Source: a virus (taxonomy: Duplodnaviria > Caudoviricetes). From it: DNA of 39,154 nucleotides. Below are positions 19,295-28,077 of the stretch, piece after piece. The notes under the pieces are model-generated. The model searched no databases, had not been told where the DNA came from, and saw only the letters and a program-made list of their open reading frames with translations. The stretch is from the IMG/VR virus record IMGVR_UViG_3300033562_002408, positions 1 through 39,154 of that record, one strand, 5' to 3'. Both the position numbers and the translations under genes were made by a program. Each line of letters opens with the position of its first letter. Positions within the stretch are counted from its first letter, which is position 1.

Positions 19295-19672
19295 TTACAG
19301 TAAATAAATTAAATTGTTTTTTTCAAGGATTTTTCCATACGCTTTAATAAATGCAGGAAAATCATCATAAATATCAAGACCTGTATTTGTTTTATATTCT
19401 ACCGTAATATCAGTAATGATTTTTCCTGCCTTCTCCATTACTTCATTATAATCCCATTCCTGAAGAATATCTTTTGTTAGACGTTCTAAAATTTGTACAT
19501 TTGAAATGTATTGCCATCCTGAATATACATTATTCCAAAGCAATACATTTTTAATTGTATTATGTTCAATAATAGCATATGATAAATCATTTCGTACATA
19601 TGAACAAAACAAAAGATTAGCATTGGATTTGTCTATAAGTTTTTGAATTGAAATTGTTTTTTTCTTAGCCAT
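19295..19672 (-). CDS. Hypothetical protein
   Basis: SD AAGGA; co-oriented cluster. Confidence 0.7.
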   Translation of the reverse strand: MAKKKTISIQKLIDKSNANLLFCSYVRNDLSYAIIEHNTIKNVLLWNNVYSGWQYISNVQILERLTKDILQEWDYNEVMEKAGKIITDITVEYKTNTGLDIYDDFPAFIKAYGKILEKNNLIYLL

Positions 19673-19724
19673 ATTATTTTCCTTTTAACCCCAAATATAG
19701 AACGAATAAATAAAAGCGTTATGT

Positions 19725-20015
19725 TTATTTTGCATTCAGATAATATGTTTTAAATACTTGACTCGCGGTAATGATATATTTTCTATCAACAATCATCTTA
19801 CCTTCTTTAGTACTGATTGTGTAGTATTTGATATCTGGTCTGGTGTTTCCTTTTTCAACATCTACAACATAATCATTAAGATCATAATCCTGCTCAATTG
19901 CCATATAAATTGGGTCAATAATTAATTCACTATTTTCTAATTCAAGATAACCATGAGTATATGTCTTGCCTACGACATTAGTAATTTCTGTTGTAATTTT
20001 ATCAATAGCTTTCAT
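19725..20015 (-). CDS. Hypothetical protein
   Basis: Start corrected to ATG 20015 (AGGAG SD); the track start lies inside the promoter motif. Confidence 0.7.
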   Translation of the reverse strand: MKAIDKITTEITNVVGKTYTHGYLELENSELIIDPIYMAIEQDYDLNDYVVDVEKGNTRPDIKYYTISTKEGKMIVDRKYIITASQVFKTYYLNAK

Positions 20016-20041
20016 ATTAATCTCCTTGGTAAATACCTTTT

Positions 20042-20100
20042 TCCTTATATTAGTAATATAACCCAAAACAAAAAAAGTACTGAAATAATTCAGTACTTTT
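20042..20100 (-). promoter_or_regulatory. Early promoter motif fused to terminator hairpin
   Basis: Motif 20042-20081; aaaagtactgaa-ataa-ttcagtactttt hairpin uses the AGTACT box as one arm. Confidence 0.75.
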
Positions 20101-20157
20101 TAAAGATTAACCTAACGGAATGAACATTGTTAAGAGGTTTGTTAGGTGTTATTAAGT

Positions 20158-20778
20158 TTATTTATTTTCTAAATGATTTAGGATTGCATTTATAAATTTA
20201 TTTTTAATTTGAATTAGTGACATATCAGAATTAACAGAAATGTTTATTCCAGTTTCTTTAAGTAACTCTTCAATTCTTTCATCTGTCATATTTATTAACT
20301 CATCTTTAGTATATGATCCATTATTTTTAGATTCGCATGCAATTTTTTTGAAAATGAATATTTCACATTCTTCATCTGCAAAAATAGTTTGAGTATACCC
20401 ATCACTATATTGTTCACATAGTCGATCAAAGTTAAATTTTTTTCCATTTCGCAATGATTCTCTAGATCTTACTAAAATGAATGCATCACATTGTTCTTTA
20501 AAAGTGTCAATTCCAAAATTTACTTCCCAAGGAGCGCTTGTATTTGTTGTAATACCTAATGCAGCGTTTCGTATACTTTTAGGTAAAGTTTTGTGAGTAT
20601 TAGGAGAACACAAAATTATTTTATCTTCAGCAAGTCTAGTTATAAGTTCTTTATCAAATGAAGGACGTTGTGGTAATGATCCATTTTCAGAAATATAGAA
20701 CCAATCTTTTGAACAGAGAACAATTCCAATTTTAGGATTATCTAAACTATTAAGTTCATGCATTATAGTTTCAATCAT
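20158..20778 (-). CDS. Divergent dihydrofolate reductase-like protein
   Basis: ISENGSLPQRPSFD..I..L..DKIILCSPNTHKTLP aligns by eye with DHFR IGxxGxLPW...D...F......VIMGRKTxxSLP. Confidence 0.5.
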   Translation of the reverse strand: MIETIMHELNSLDNPKIGIVLCSKDWFYISENGSLPQRPSFDKELITRLAEDKIILCSPNTHKTLPKSIRNAALGITTNTSAPWEVNFGIDTFKEQCDAFILVRSRESLRNGKKFNFDRLCEQYSDGYTQTIFADEECEIFIFKKIACESKNNGSYTKDELINMTDERIEELLKETGINISVNSDMSLIQIKNKFINAILNHLENK

Positions 20779-21011
20779 TTTTTTCTCCTTTTATTTTTAC
20801 CAAAAGTTTTACCAACCTTCTTTCGTTTTTTTCTAGCATCTCTTGCTTGTTGTTCTCTTAGTTTTTGTTTCTTTACTAAATTCCAATCTATCATTGCATC
20901 AGCCATCTTAAGAACTTCCGCTCGTTGATCTTCAGGGATTAAATTAACATCAAATTCTCCTGTTACTGGATCAATCGCAACCAGTTCTTTTAAACTTCTA
21001 CCCTCAGTCAT
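20775..21011 (-). CDS. Small protein with highly basic C-terminal tail
   Basis: SD AGGAG; ends RKKRKKVGKTFGKNKRRKK. Confidence 0.7.
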   Translation of the reverse strand: MTEGRSLKELVAIDPVTGEFDVNLIPEDQRAEVLKMADAMIDWNLVKKQKLREQQARDARKKRKKVGKTFGKNKRRKK

Positions 21012-21089
21012 ATTTTATCTCCTTTATTAAAAATAAATATCTAATATTATTCTAATACAAATATAATCTTTTTACAGGAGAAATAGTAA

Positions 21090-22403
21090 ATGAAAAAACA
21101 ATATCTAAAGAATGCTGTTAGACAATTAGTTACTGAAGGTAAAACTCATGCAAAAATGGATTGGCGAATAAAGTTAATCATTTGTGACATGATTGAAGAA
21201 GGCTTAATTGAAGAAGGTGGTAATGTATCTGTTAATACAATTAGCGGAACAAGAATTAACGCACAAAAAACTGATATGTCTAAAATATCAAAAGGAGATT
21301 TTACAGAAATATATTTAGATGCATTTAGAGAATTAAATAATCTTTTTGAAAAAAAGTATAATAAACCGTTATGGACAAATTTTGGACAACTTGAAAGTGG
21401 ATACGCATTTAATGGAAGCGCTGAGGCATTATTTTCTGATAATATTAGTCATGAAGAATTTGCAGAACTAAAACCGTTTGTTGGTGATATTGATGTTACA
21501 ATTCCACATGAATATTTAAAACCGCTATGGCATTTACTTAAAGAAATTCAAGGGACTAAACTAACTCCGTATGTTGAATATGCAGGAAATAATAAAGCAA
21601 CTGAAAATACAGGAGAACAAATAAATGCATTGTTACCATTATCATTTAATGGATATACTACAAATGTTCAAGTTGATTTTGAAGGTGTAGGATATACAGA
21701 AGGTAAACCTGATGAATTTTCTAAGTTTGGTCATTCAAGTAGTTTTGATGATATGAAACAAAATATTAAAGGTGTTGCTCATAAATTTTTAATGATGACA
21801 CTTGTTAGTTTAATGTCAAGAGAAGATAATGCAGTATTAGTAACTCCTTCATCAACTCCAGAAAAATGTAAAGTTGCTCCAACTAAAGGTGTAGATAAGT
21901 TAGTTAATAAACATGCATTTTCAATTGATAAAGGATTAAGAATTAAAGTTATTCCATTTATTGGTGAAAGTGGTGATCAGATTTTTATAAATGATAAACC
22001 AGCATTTAAAGAATTGCCAACAGTTGATAGCGATTATGAAAGAGGGTTAAATAGTATTTTTGAATTTATGTTTGGTACAACTCCAACAGATCAGGATATG
22101 AAAAGTTTTTGGAGTTTTGTAGGTCTTTTAAATATTTTAGATCAATATGCAGATAATGATAAAATTGAGAAAATCTTTAGTGCATTATTACAGAAATTAT
22201 GGGGACCAGGTGCTCAAGGTCTTGAAGTTGAACGTGGAGATGGAAGTGGTAAAGAAAGGGATTTTGCAGTTAAAGATTCAATTGCACAAAAGTATATTGA
22301 AAAATTCCCATTTGTGAAAAAGTATTTAGATGATCTTCAACCACGAATTAATGAGTTCTATACTAATTATAGAGTAACAAGTGCCGATGACGATTTTGAA
22401 TAA
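21090..22403 (+). CDS. Leader-bearing nucleotidyltransferase-like protein
   Basis: LKNAVRQLVTE leader, LIEEGGNV, then NGS...GDIDV...QVDF (GS/DxD/D pol-beta pattern). Confidence 0.7.
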   Translation: MKKQYLKNAVRQLVTEGKTHAKMDWRIKLIICDMIEEGLIEEGGNVSVNTISGTRINAQKTDMSKISKGDFTEIYLDAFRELNNLFEKKYNKPLWTNFGQLESGYAFNGSAEALFSDNISHEEFAELKPFVGDIDVTIPHEYLKPLWHLLKEIQGTKLTPYVEYAGNNKATENTGEQINALLPLSFNGYTTNVQVDFEGVGYTEGKPDEFSKFGHSSSFDDMKQNIKGVAHKFLMMTLVSLMSREDNAVLVTPSSTPEKCKVAPTKGVDKLVNKHAFSIDKGLRIKVIPFIGESGDQIFINDKPAFKELPTVDSDYERGLNSIFEFMFGTTPTDQDMKSFWSFVGLLNILDQYADNDKIEKIFSALLQKLWGPGAQGLEVERGDGSGKERDFAVKDSIAQKYIEKFPFVKKYLDDLQPRINEFYTNYRVTSADDDFE

Positions 22404-22429
22404 TTACCTAGTAATTTACTTTTAAAAAT

Positions 22430-22455
22430 AAAGGATTCTTTCATAGGAATCCTTT
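22430..22455 (+). terminator. Intrinsic terminator
   Basis: aaaggattc-tttcatag-gaatccttt followed by T tract. Confidence 0.75.
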
Positions 22456-22522
22456 TCTTTTTTATAAAAAATAGTTATATTAAATTGTAAATAATTTTAA
22501 TATTTAAAAAAGAAGGTAAATT

Positions 22523-23470
22523 ATGAAAAAAAATCTATTAATTGACGTGAGCAATGTATATTGGAGATGTGCACATGTCGCGCATGTTGAGGGCGACAAA
22601 CAATATATGACTCAAATTGAGATTCATTCATATTGGAAACATATGTGTATTCAATCTATTCTTGCAGTTGTAAACAAAGAAGAATGGGACAAAGTTATCA
22701 TGTGTTACGACTCAAGAGGATATTGGAGAAATAAAATTTATCCTGCCTATAAAGCAAATAGAAAAACCGAAAAAGCAAAAGGAAGAATTGATTTTGAAAC
22801 GTTTATTCTAGAAATTAATCAATTGACTATTGATTTGAAAGATAAATTTCAATCAGTATATCATTTAGAGGTTAAAGAAGCAGAGGCAGATGACATTGCA
22901 GGAGTTGTTACAAAAGAGCTTGTTACAAAGGGTGAAAGTGTTACGATTATGACTGGTGATAAAGACTATAAACAATTGTTGAAATATCCAAATGTTGTTA
23001 TATATGATCCAAGAACTAAGAAGAATATGACAAGTCTTAATATTGCGAAAGAAATGGAAGTCAAGTATATCATGGGAGACCGTGGAGATAATATATTTGC
23101 TATTAAACCAAAGACAGGTGAAGTCAGAGCTAAAGCAATGGTTGAAAGTGGGAAGATGCATGAAATGCATGTTCAGTATCATGAAAATATACAGAAACTT
23201 ACAGAAGAAGAAGTTGATATGGTTGAACGTTATGAGTTGAATCGTCAGTTGATATCTTGGGAGTATATTCCAATGAATATTCAGAATGATATTCGCAAAC
23301 AGTTTAATGAATACCAGTTGACTAAATTTGATCAAGGTAAGATGCTAATTTGGTTGAATGACAATGATTTGACAATATTAGGGCAGAAGTTTTTGAAGAG
23401 TCAATCATTAGTATTTATGAATTTACATAATAATTTTGTAAATAAAAATTTAAATTCGGAGTTTTTCTAA
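22523..23470 (+). CDS. rnh: T4-type RNase H / 5'-3' flap exonuclease
   Basis: LLIDVSN, YWRNKIYPAYKANR, EADDI, TGDKDYKQL, GDRGDNI. Confidence 0.92.
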   Translation: MKKNLLIDVSNVYWRCAHVAHVEGDKQYMTQIEIHSYWKHMCIQSILAVVNKEEWDKVIMCYDSRGYWRNKIYPAYKANRKTEKAKGRIDFETFILEINQLTIDLKDKFQSVYHLEVKEAEADDIAGVVTKELVTKGESVTIMTGDKDYKQLLKYPNVVIYDPRTKKNMTSLNIAKEMEVKYIMGDRGDNIFAIKPKTGEVRAKAMVESGKMHEMHVQYHENIQKLTEEEVDMVERYELNRQLISWEYIPMNIQNDIRKQFNEYQLTKFDQGKMLIWLNDNDLTILGQKFLKSQSLVFMNLHNNFVNKNLNSEFF

Positions 23471-24225
23471 TGTATAAATTTGAAGAAGTAATTGAACTAC
23501 CAAAAGGAACATGGTTTATTGAAAGTGATTATGGTTGGTCTGAAATGACTCACAGTCTCAAAACAATTCCTTACCAAATTTGGTTTGTTAAAACCACAAA
23601 CTTTGAAATTAAAGTTGCAGATAAACATAAATTTTTTGGTGAATATAATAATGAAATTTATGCTGATGAATTAATAGTAGGTACTATGATAATTACTAAA
23701 AATGGTTTAGAACCTGTTGTTGAAGTATATTCAATGGGATATACTGAAAATACATATTCTCCAACTGTTTTAAATAGTGATAATTCATACTATGCAAATG
23801 GAATTAAGAATAAAAATACTACCATCGTAGGAATATTTTTGGTCCATTACTTATTGTTTAATAAAGATAAAACAATCGCAGTTCTCGCTAATAAGATGCA
23901 AGGAGCGACTGAAATTGTAGATAGAGCAAAAGTAATTATTGAACACTTGCCAGATTTTTTAAAGCCAGGTGTTAAGAATTATAACAAGAAAACTATTGAA
24001 TTGGAAAATGGATGTAAGCTTATTGCTGCAGCAACTTCCCCATCAGCAGTTCGAGGATTATCAATCAATTGTCAAGAATCGGATAATATAATTGAAATTA
24101 GGGATACAATAACAGGAGAGATTGAACAATTGACGTTTGAACAATTACATCGTAGATTGTTATTAGAATCATCAGGGCTTATAGAAGAATTAATGAATGT
24201 ATCAATAGAAGGAGATAAAAAATGA
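23470..24225 (+). CDS. terL: Terminase large subunit fragment 2: IntC (aa 1-116) + extein (117-200) + IntN (201-251)
   Basis: SYYANGIKNKN|TTIV junction at 23817/23818; gp17 motifs AVLANK, LPDFLKPG, IELENG, TSPSAVRG; C at 24070 begins CQESDNIIEI. Confidence 0.93.
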   Translation: MYKFEEVIELPKGTWFIESDYGWSEMTHSLKTIPYQIWFVKTTNFEIKVADKHKFFGEYNNEIYADELIVGTMIITKNGLEPVVEVYSMGYTENTYSPTVLNSDNSYYANGIKNKNTTIVGIFLVHYLLFNKDKTIAVLANKMQGATEIVDRAKVIIEHLPDFLKPGVKNYNKKTIELENGCKLIAAATSPSAVRGLSINCQESDNIIEIRDTITGEIEQLTFEQLHRRLLLESSGLIEELMNVSIEGDKK

Positions 24226-24539
24226 AATACGAAGCAATGGGTAAAAATATAATTGTTGTATTGAAAAAAGAGAAAGATTTGAGTCATGGTGAGAACCAAC
24301 AAGAATCTGGAATTATTTTGATTGGTAATGGAGAAGTTGATAAAAAAACAGAAGCAGATAAGAATACTGGAGAAGTAATTTCAGTAGGTTCTGAAGTTAG
24401 TGGAATCGTAGTAGGAGACTTTGTTAGAGTTCGTTCAATGGTAGGAGATGTATTGGAAGAAATTGAAGGTGAAACTGAAGTAACGCGACTATTAGTATTA
24501 GACTTTAGTTTTGTGTTGGCAAAGATACTTAAGGATTAA
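24222..24539 (+). CDS. groES: GroES/gp31-like co-chaperonin
   Basis: ESGIIL mobile loop, TGEVISVG, VVGDFV. Confidence 0.8.
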   Translation: MKYEAMGKNIIVVLKKEKDLSHGENQQESGIILIGNGEVDKKTEADKNTGEVISVGSEVSGIVVGDFVRVRSMVGDVLEEIEGETEVTRLLVLDFSFVLAKILKD

Positions 24540-24544
24540 TACAT

Positions 24545-25051
24545 ATGTCTGACTTATATAAAACTCACTTAGAAGTTATTGAATTTGTTTTAGATAATTG
24601 TGATATTAAAAAAGTTATTGAGTTTGGTCCTGGTAATTATTCAACAGATCTATTTGTTAAAAGACAAATGGATCTTGTTAGTGTTGAACAACAATCATTT
24701 GATTGGTATAAACACATAAAAGAAACATTCCCTAAAATATCTTTATTTTATGAGCCTAATTTAGATTTTACATTTTCAAGATTTAAAATGAGTTATAATC
24801 AGTTTGATTTAGTATTTATTGATGGTCATGAACATTCTAGAGCAGTGTTGACTAACATAGCAACTAATAAAACAAAGATAATTATTTGTCATGACACTGA
24901 GCCTAAAAATAGTCATATTTATGGTTGGGGTGTTGTTGATAAAACTATTGAAGGTTGGGAGTGGATTGATATTAAAAATTCAGAGGTTTGGACAAGTGTC
25001 TTTACATCTAATGACGAATTAAAACAAAAATTAAAATTGCGATTTGAATAA
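24545..25051 (+). CDS. Class I SAM-dependent methyltransferase-like protein
   Basis: VIEFGPGNYST, VSVEQ, FDLVFIDG...R, ICHD. Confidence 0.8.
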   Translation: MSDLYKTHLEVIEFVLDNCDIKKVIEFGPGNYSTDLFVKRQMDLVSVEQQSFDWYKHIKETFPKISLFYEPNLDFTFSRFKMSYNQFDLVFIDGHEHSRAVLTNIATNKTKIIICHDTEPKNSHIYGWGVVDKTIEGWEWIDIKNSEVWTSVFTSNDELKQKLKLRFE

Positions 25052-25101
25052 TTAGTTACCGCATAATGATATGATGATATAACCCAAAATAGGAGATAAT
25101 A

Positions 25102-25542
25102 ATGAGTGGAGTTAATAATTTAATTGAACCTAACTTTATTCCAAATAATAGATATGAAATTAAGACCATTGATGGATTTAAATCATTCAGTGGTCTTATT
25201 TTTGGTGAGTCTGAAGATCTTTATTCATATGAAGATAAAATTTACACTGCAGAACATTTAATTAAAAATGATGGTGATTTTAAACTTGTTAAAGATATTG
25301 GAATTAAAGTAAATAAGAAACAAATGATGTATGACCCTTTTGAAGTTGAAGGAGGTCATACTTATATCACAAAAGATGGAAAAGAACATCATAATTGTCA
25401 AACAGGTGAACAATTTGTTGATATTTTTGATAAAGTGACTAATGAGAAGATGAAGGTAACTTTAAAAGAACTTGAAAAAATGATTTTACTTGATAATGCT
25501 GGATTAGACTACAAGACTTCAACAATTATAAATATTCAATAA
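25102..25542 (+). CDS. Extein-less IntC(1-98)-IntN(99-146) intein fusion, candidate trans-splicing relay for TerL
   Basis: TAEH (block B), MYDPFEV..GHTYIT (block F), HHN|C at 25395/25396, then CQTGEQFVDI..., colinear with the IntN of fragment 2; strong AGGAG SD. Confidence 0.85.
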   Translation: MSGVNNLIEPNFIPNNRYEIKTIDGFKSFSGLIFGESEDLYSYEDKIYTAEHLIKNDGDFKLVKDIGIKVNKKQMMYDPFEVEGGHTYITKDGKEHHNCQTGEQFVDIFDKVTNEKMKVTLKELEKMILLDNAGLDYKTSTIINIQ

Positions 25543-25607
25543 ATAAATAGTTTAGATTGATAACAACCATCAAATATTAAAAAGTTCATCAAAAAGGAGA
25601 TTTTAAA

Positions 25608-26432
25608 ATGAAACGTAGTGAATTAAAACAACTTATTCAAGAATGTATTATGGAAGAAGGACGTGCAGGAGAACTTGATTCAATCGCAAAAGTTCCTGTA
25701 CATGTAATTAAAAAATTAGCAGACTCTTATGGAACATCATTTGATCCAATTAATTCTGAAGTATCTAAATTAATTATAGTAGATTCATCAGACGCTGCTT
25801 GGAAATATATTGGCAATTTAGTAAAACCAGGCCCAGGTAAATATGGTGGAGATGGCCAATTTGTTGCATTATATTCTGATGAATCTGGAGATTCATTTAG
25901 AGGTATCGTTCAGCCTAAAGGACGACAATATACAATTATTGATTCAACTGGAACATTCATTAAATTCCCAACAATTGCTGGAGTCAAAAACTGGGCATAT
26001 ACAAATGTAGTAAAAGGTATTAGAACAATAAACTTTAATGAATGGCGATCTTATGATGATAAAGAATCACAAGCACCTAGAAGTGATATTGCTAGAGATC
26101 GCACAGTACCGTCATACGAAACCAATAATATTGAACAAGCAAAAATTAGAGCTTGGTCTAAGTTTATTGATAAACACTTTACTAAAGAGATTGATAGATT
26201 AATTATTGCAGGTATCCTTGATTTTATTACAAAAAATCAAGAATCTATTGTTGATAGAGTAAAAATAGGTTATAGTAGTATTGATATCAGTGATGCATTA
26301 GCAAAAAGAGATTGGTCTACTGGAGAAGTTTCTGATGGTATTAAAGACCGTTCTACAGTTGAAAGAGAAAAAGGTTTAAAACTTGATAATGCTCGTAGAA
26401 GAGCTAGGGGCGAAGAAGAAAGAGAGTGGTAA
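25608..26432 (+). CDS. Hypothetical protein, ELKQII-leader family
   Basis: MKRSELKQLIQECIMEE; SD AGGAG. Confidence 0.8.
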   Translation: MKRSELKQLIQECIMEEGRAGELDSIAKVPVHVIKKLADSYGTSFDPINSEVSKLIIVDSSDAAWKYIGNLVKPGPGKYGGDGQFVALYSDESGDSFRGIVQPKGRQYTIIDSTGTFIKFPTIAGVKNWAYTNVVKGIRTINFNEWRSYDDKESQAPRSDIARDRTVPSYETNNIEQAKIRAWSKFIDKHFTKEIDRLIIAGILDFITKNQESIVDRVKIGYSSIDISDALAKRDWSTGEVSDGIKDRSTVEREKGLKLDNARRRARGEEEREW

Positions 26433-26454
26433 TCATTTCTTTAGATTAAAAAAC

Positions 26455-26481
26455 AAAAGGAGCTAATATTTAGCTCCTTTT
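26455..26481. terminator. Bidirectional intrinsic terminator
   Basis: aaaaggagctaa-tat-ttagctcctttt. Confidence 0.85.
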
Positions 26482-26610
26482 TTATTCTTCAATTTTATTT
26501 TTATGTTTTCGATTTCTGAAATCTTTCGATTTCTTTTTCTTGTCAGCGATTACTTGAGTGACCCTACCACCTCGTAATTTCCCATCTTTGATTTTTTCTT
26601 CAACAGTCAT
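26482..26610 (-). CDS. Small basic peptide (42 aa)
   Basis: MTVEEKIKDGKLRGGRVTQVIADKKKKSKDFRNRKHKNKIEE; GAGGAGG SD, own promoter motif and terminator; not in ORF track. Confidence 0.75.
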   Translation of the reverse strand: MTVEEKIKDGKLRGGRVTQVIADKKKKSKDFRNRKHKNKIEE

Positions 26611-26634
26611 TTTGTCCTCCTCTTTATCTTTATT

Positions 26635-26670
26635 TATATTAGTATATATAACTCAAAACAAAAAAATAAC
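26635..26670 (-). promoter_or_regulatory. Variant of repeated early promoter motif
   Basis: TTTTTTTGTTTTGAGTTATATATACTAATATAA on minus strand. Confidence 0.6.
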
Positions 26671-26682
26671 TTTTTATTTTTT

Positions 26683-26690
26683 TATAAATA
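26683..26690 (+). promoter_or_regulatory. T4-type late promoter TATAAATA
   Basis: Exact motif about 42 nt upstream of leader-family ORF 26733. Confidence 0.55.
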
Positions 26691-26732
26691 GTTTTAATTA
26701 AAACTAACTTAAAGAAAGGATAATATTTAAAG

Positions 26733-27119
26733 ATGAAAAAAATAGAATTAAAAAATTTAATTAGACAAATAATTGAAGAAGAAACGAAGACTGATTTAAT
26801 TAAAAAACCATTTTTAGATGATTTTAACAAAACCATTCAAATTCTTGCTAAAAAAATAGTAAGAGGAAAAATTGATCCTGATTGTTTTAGTGAAATGAAA
26901 AGTGCTCTTGATACTATGACAATTATTTTAAATTTCGCAAAACTAAAAAATACTTATAAAGAACCAACATATAATGAAATTGAAGAATTATTCGATGAAC
27001 TAATACCATTTGAACAAAGTAAACAATATGCAGAAAATGATTTTGGTGATTATCATAAAATAGATTATAATGAAGCCACTGTAAATAAATATGATACTGA
27101 TGAAGATGATTACTTGTAA
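26733..27119 (+). CDS. Hypothetical protein, ELKQII-leader family
   Basis: MKKIELKNLIRQIIEEE. Confidence 0.8.
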   Translation: MKKIELKNLIRQIIEEETKTDLIKKPFLDDFNKTIQILAKKIVRGKIDPDCFSEMKSALDTMTIILNFAKLKNTYKEPTYNEIEELFDELIPFEQSKQYAENDFGDYHKIDYNEATVNKYDTDEDDYL

Positions 27120-27204
27120 ATTAGTTTCATTGATATTAGATGAATTTAGTTATTTTAAATAATAAATGTGTTATATTTAATTAGAAATAACTAAAGGAGA
27201 CTAT

Positions 27205-28077
27205 ATGTCAAAATATGAAAAAATTTATGAAGAGCTTTGTCAAAATGCAAAACAACGAAACATTTTAAAAGAAACTGGATTTGAAGTTCATCACATTAAA
27301 CCAAGATGTCTTGGCGGAAATGATCACAAAGATAACTTAGTTAAACTAACTCTTAGAGAACATTTTATCGCTCATAAACTTCTTGTTAAAATTTATCCTA
27401 ATAACGAAGATCTTAAATTTGCAGTTAGAATTATCTTTAATATACAAGGAAAAGGTCTTAATAGAACTGCAAGAGAATATGAAAAATATAGACTAGAAGC
27501 AATGGCAAATTTCAAAGATCAAGTAATAGTAAAAGATGAAAATGGTAAAACAAGAAAAGTTTCTAAAATGGACCCAGATTGGATTTCTGGAAAATTAATA
27601 TGCAATGCAAAAGGAACTGTACTTTGCAAACATATTACAAATCATTCAAGAACAAAAAGAATTTCTAAAGATGACACTGAATACAACAAAACATGGATCC
27701 CTTTTTCAAAAGGTGTTTCTAAAACAAAAGAACATAAAGAAAAACTTTCAAAAACCAGACTTGATAATGGATTATCAAAAGGTGAAAATAATCCTATGTT
27801 TGGTCAGGGACATAAAGTAACTGGTGAAAAAAATGGAAGATTTGGAAAACCTACATCTGATTCAGCAAAACAAAAACAATCAAATGCAAAAAGAAAATTC
27901 ATTGAAGAAAATGGGGTAGCTTGTTTTGGATTAGGCAAAATTTACATGACTGAACCAAATAACGGAAAACTAAAACGAGTTGATATAAAAGATGTAATTA
28001 AACTTGAAAAACAAGGATATACTATTTCAATAAGTGGAAAACAAAAACTAATAAAACAAGGACTTTATCATGAGTGA
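27205..28077 (+). CDS. Free-standing HNH homing endonuclease with NUMOD3-like repeats
   Basis: EVHHIKPRCLGG.D..DNLVKLTLREHFIAH; KTKEHKEKLS, GENNPMFG, GEKNGRFGK. Confidence 0.88.
   Translation: MSKYEKIYEELCQNAKQRNILKETGFEVHHIKPRCLGGNDHKDNLVKLTLREHFIAHKLLVKIYPNNEDLKFAVRIIFNIQGKGLNRTAREYEKYRLEAMANFKDQVIVKDENGKTRKVSKMDPDWISGKLICNAKGTVLCKHITNHSRTKRISKDDTEYNKTWIPFSKGVSKTKEHKEKLSKTRLDNGLSKGENNPMFGQGHKVTGEKNGRFGKPTSDSAKQKQSNAKRKFIEENGVACFGLGKIYMTEPNNGKLKRVDIKDVIKLEKQGYTISISGKQKLIKQGLYHE

Noticed and set aside
20016-20066. Shared MxYITNI N-terminus of track ORFs 19725 and 36314
   Set aside because: An artefact of translating the repeated promoter motif; true starts follow AGGAG at 20015 and 36982.
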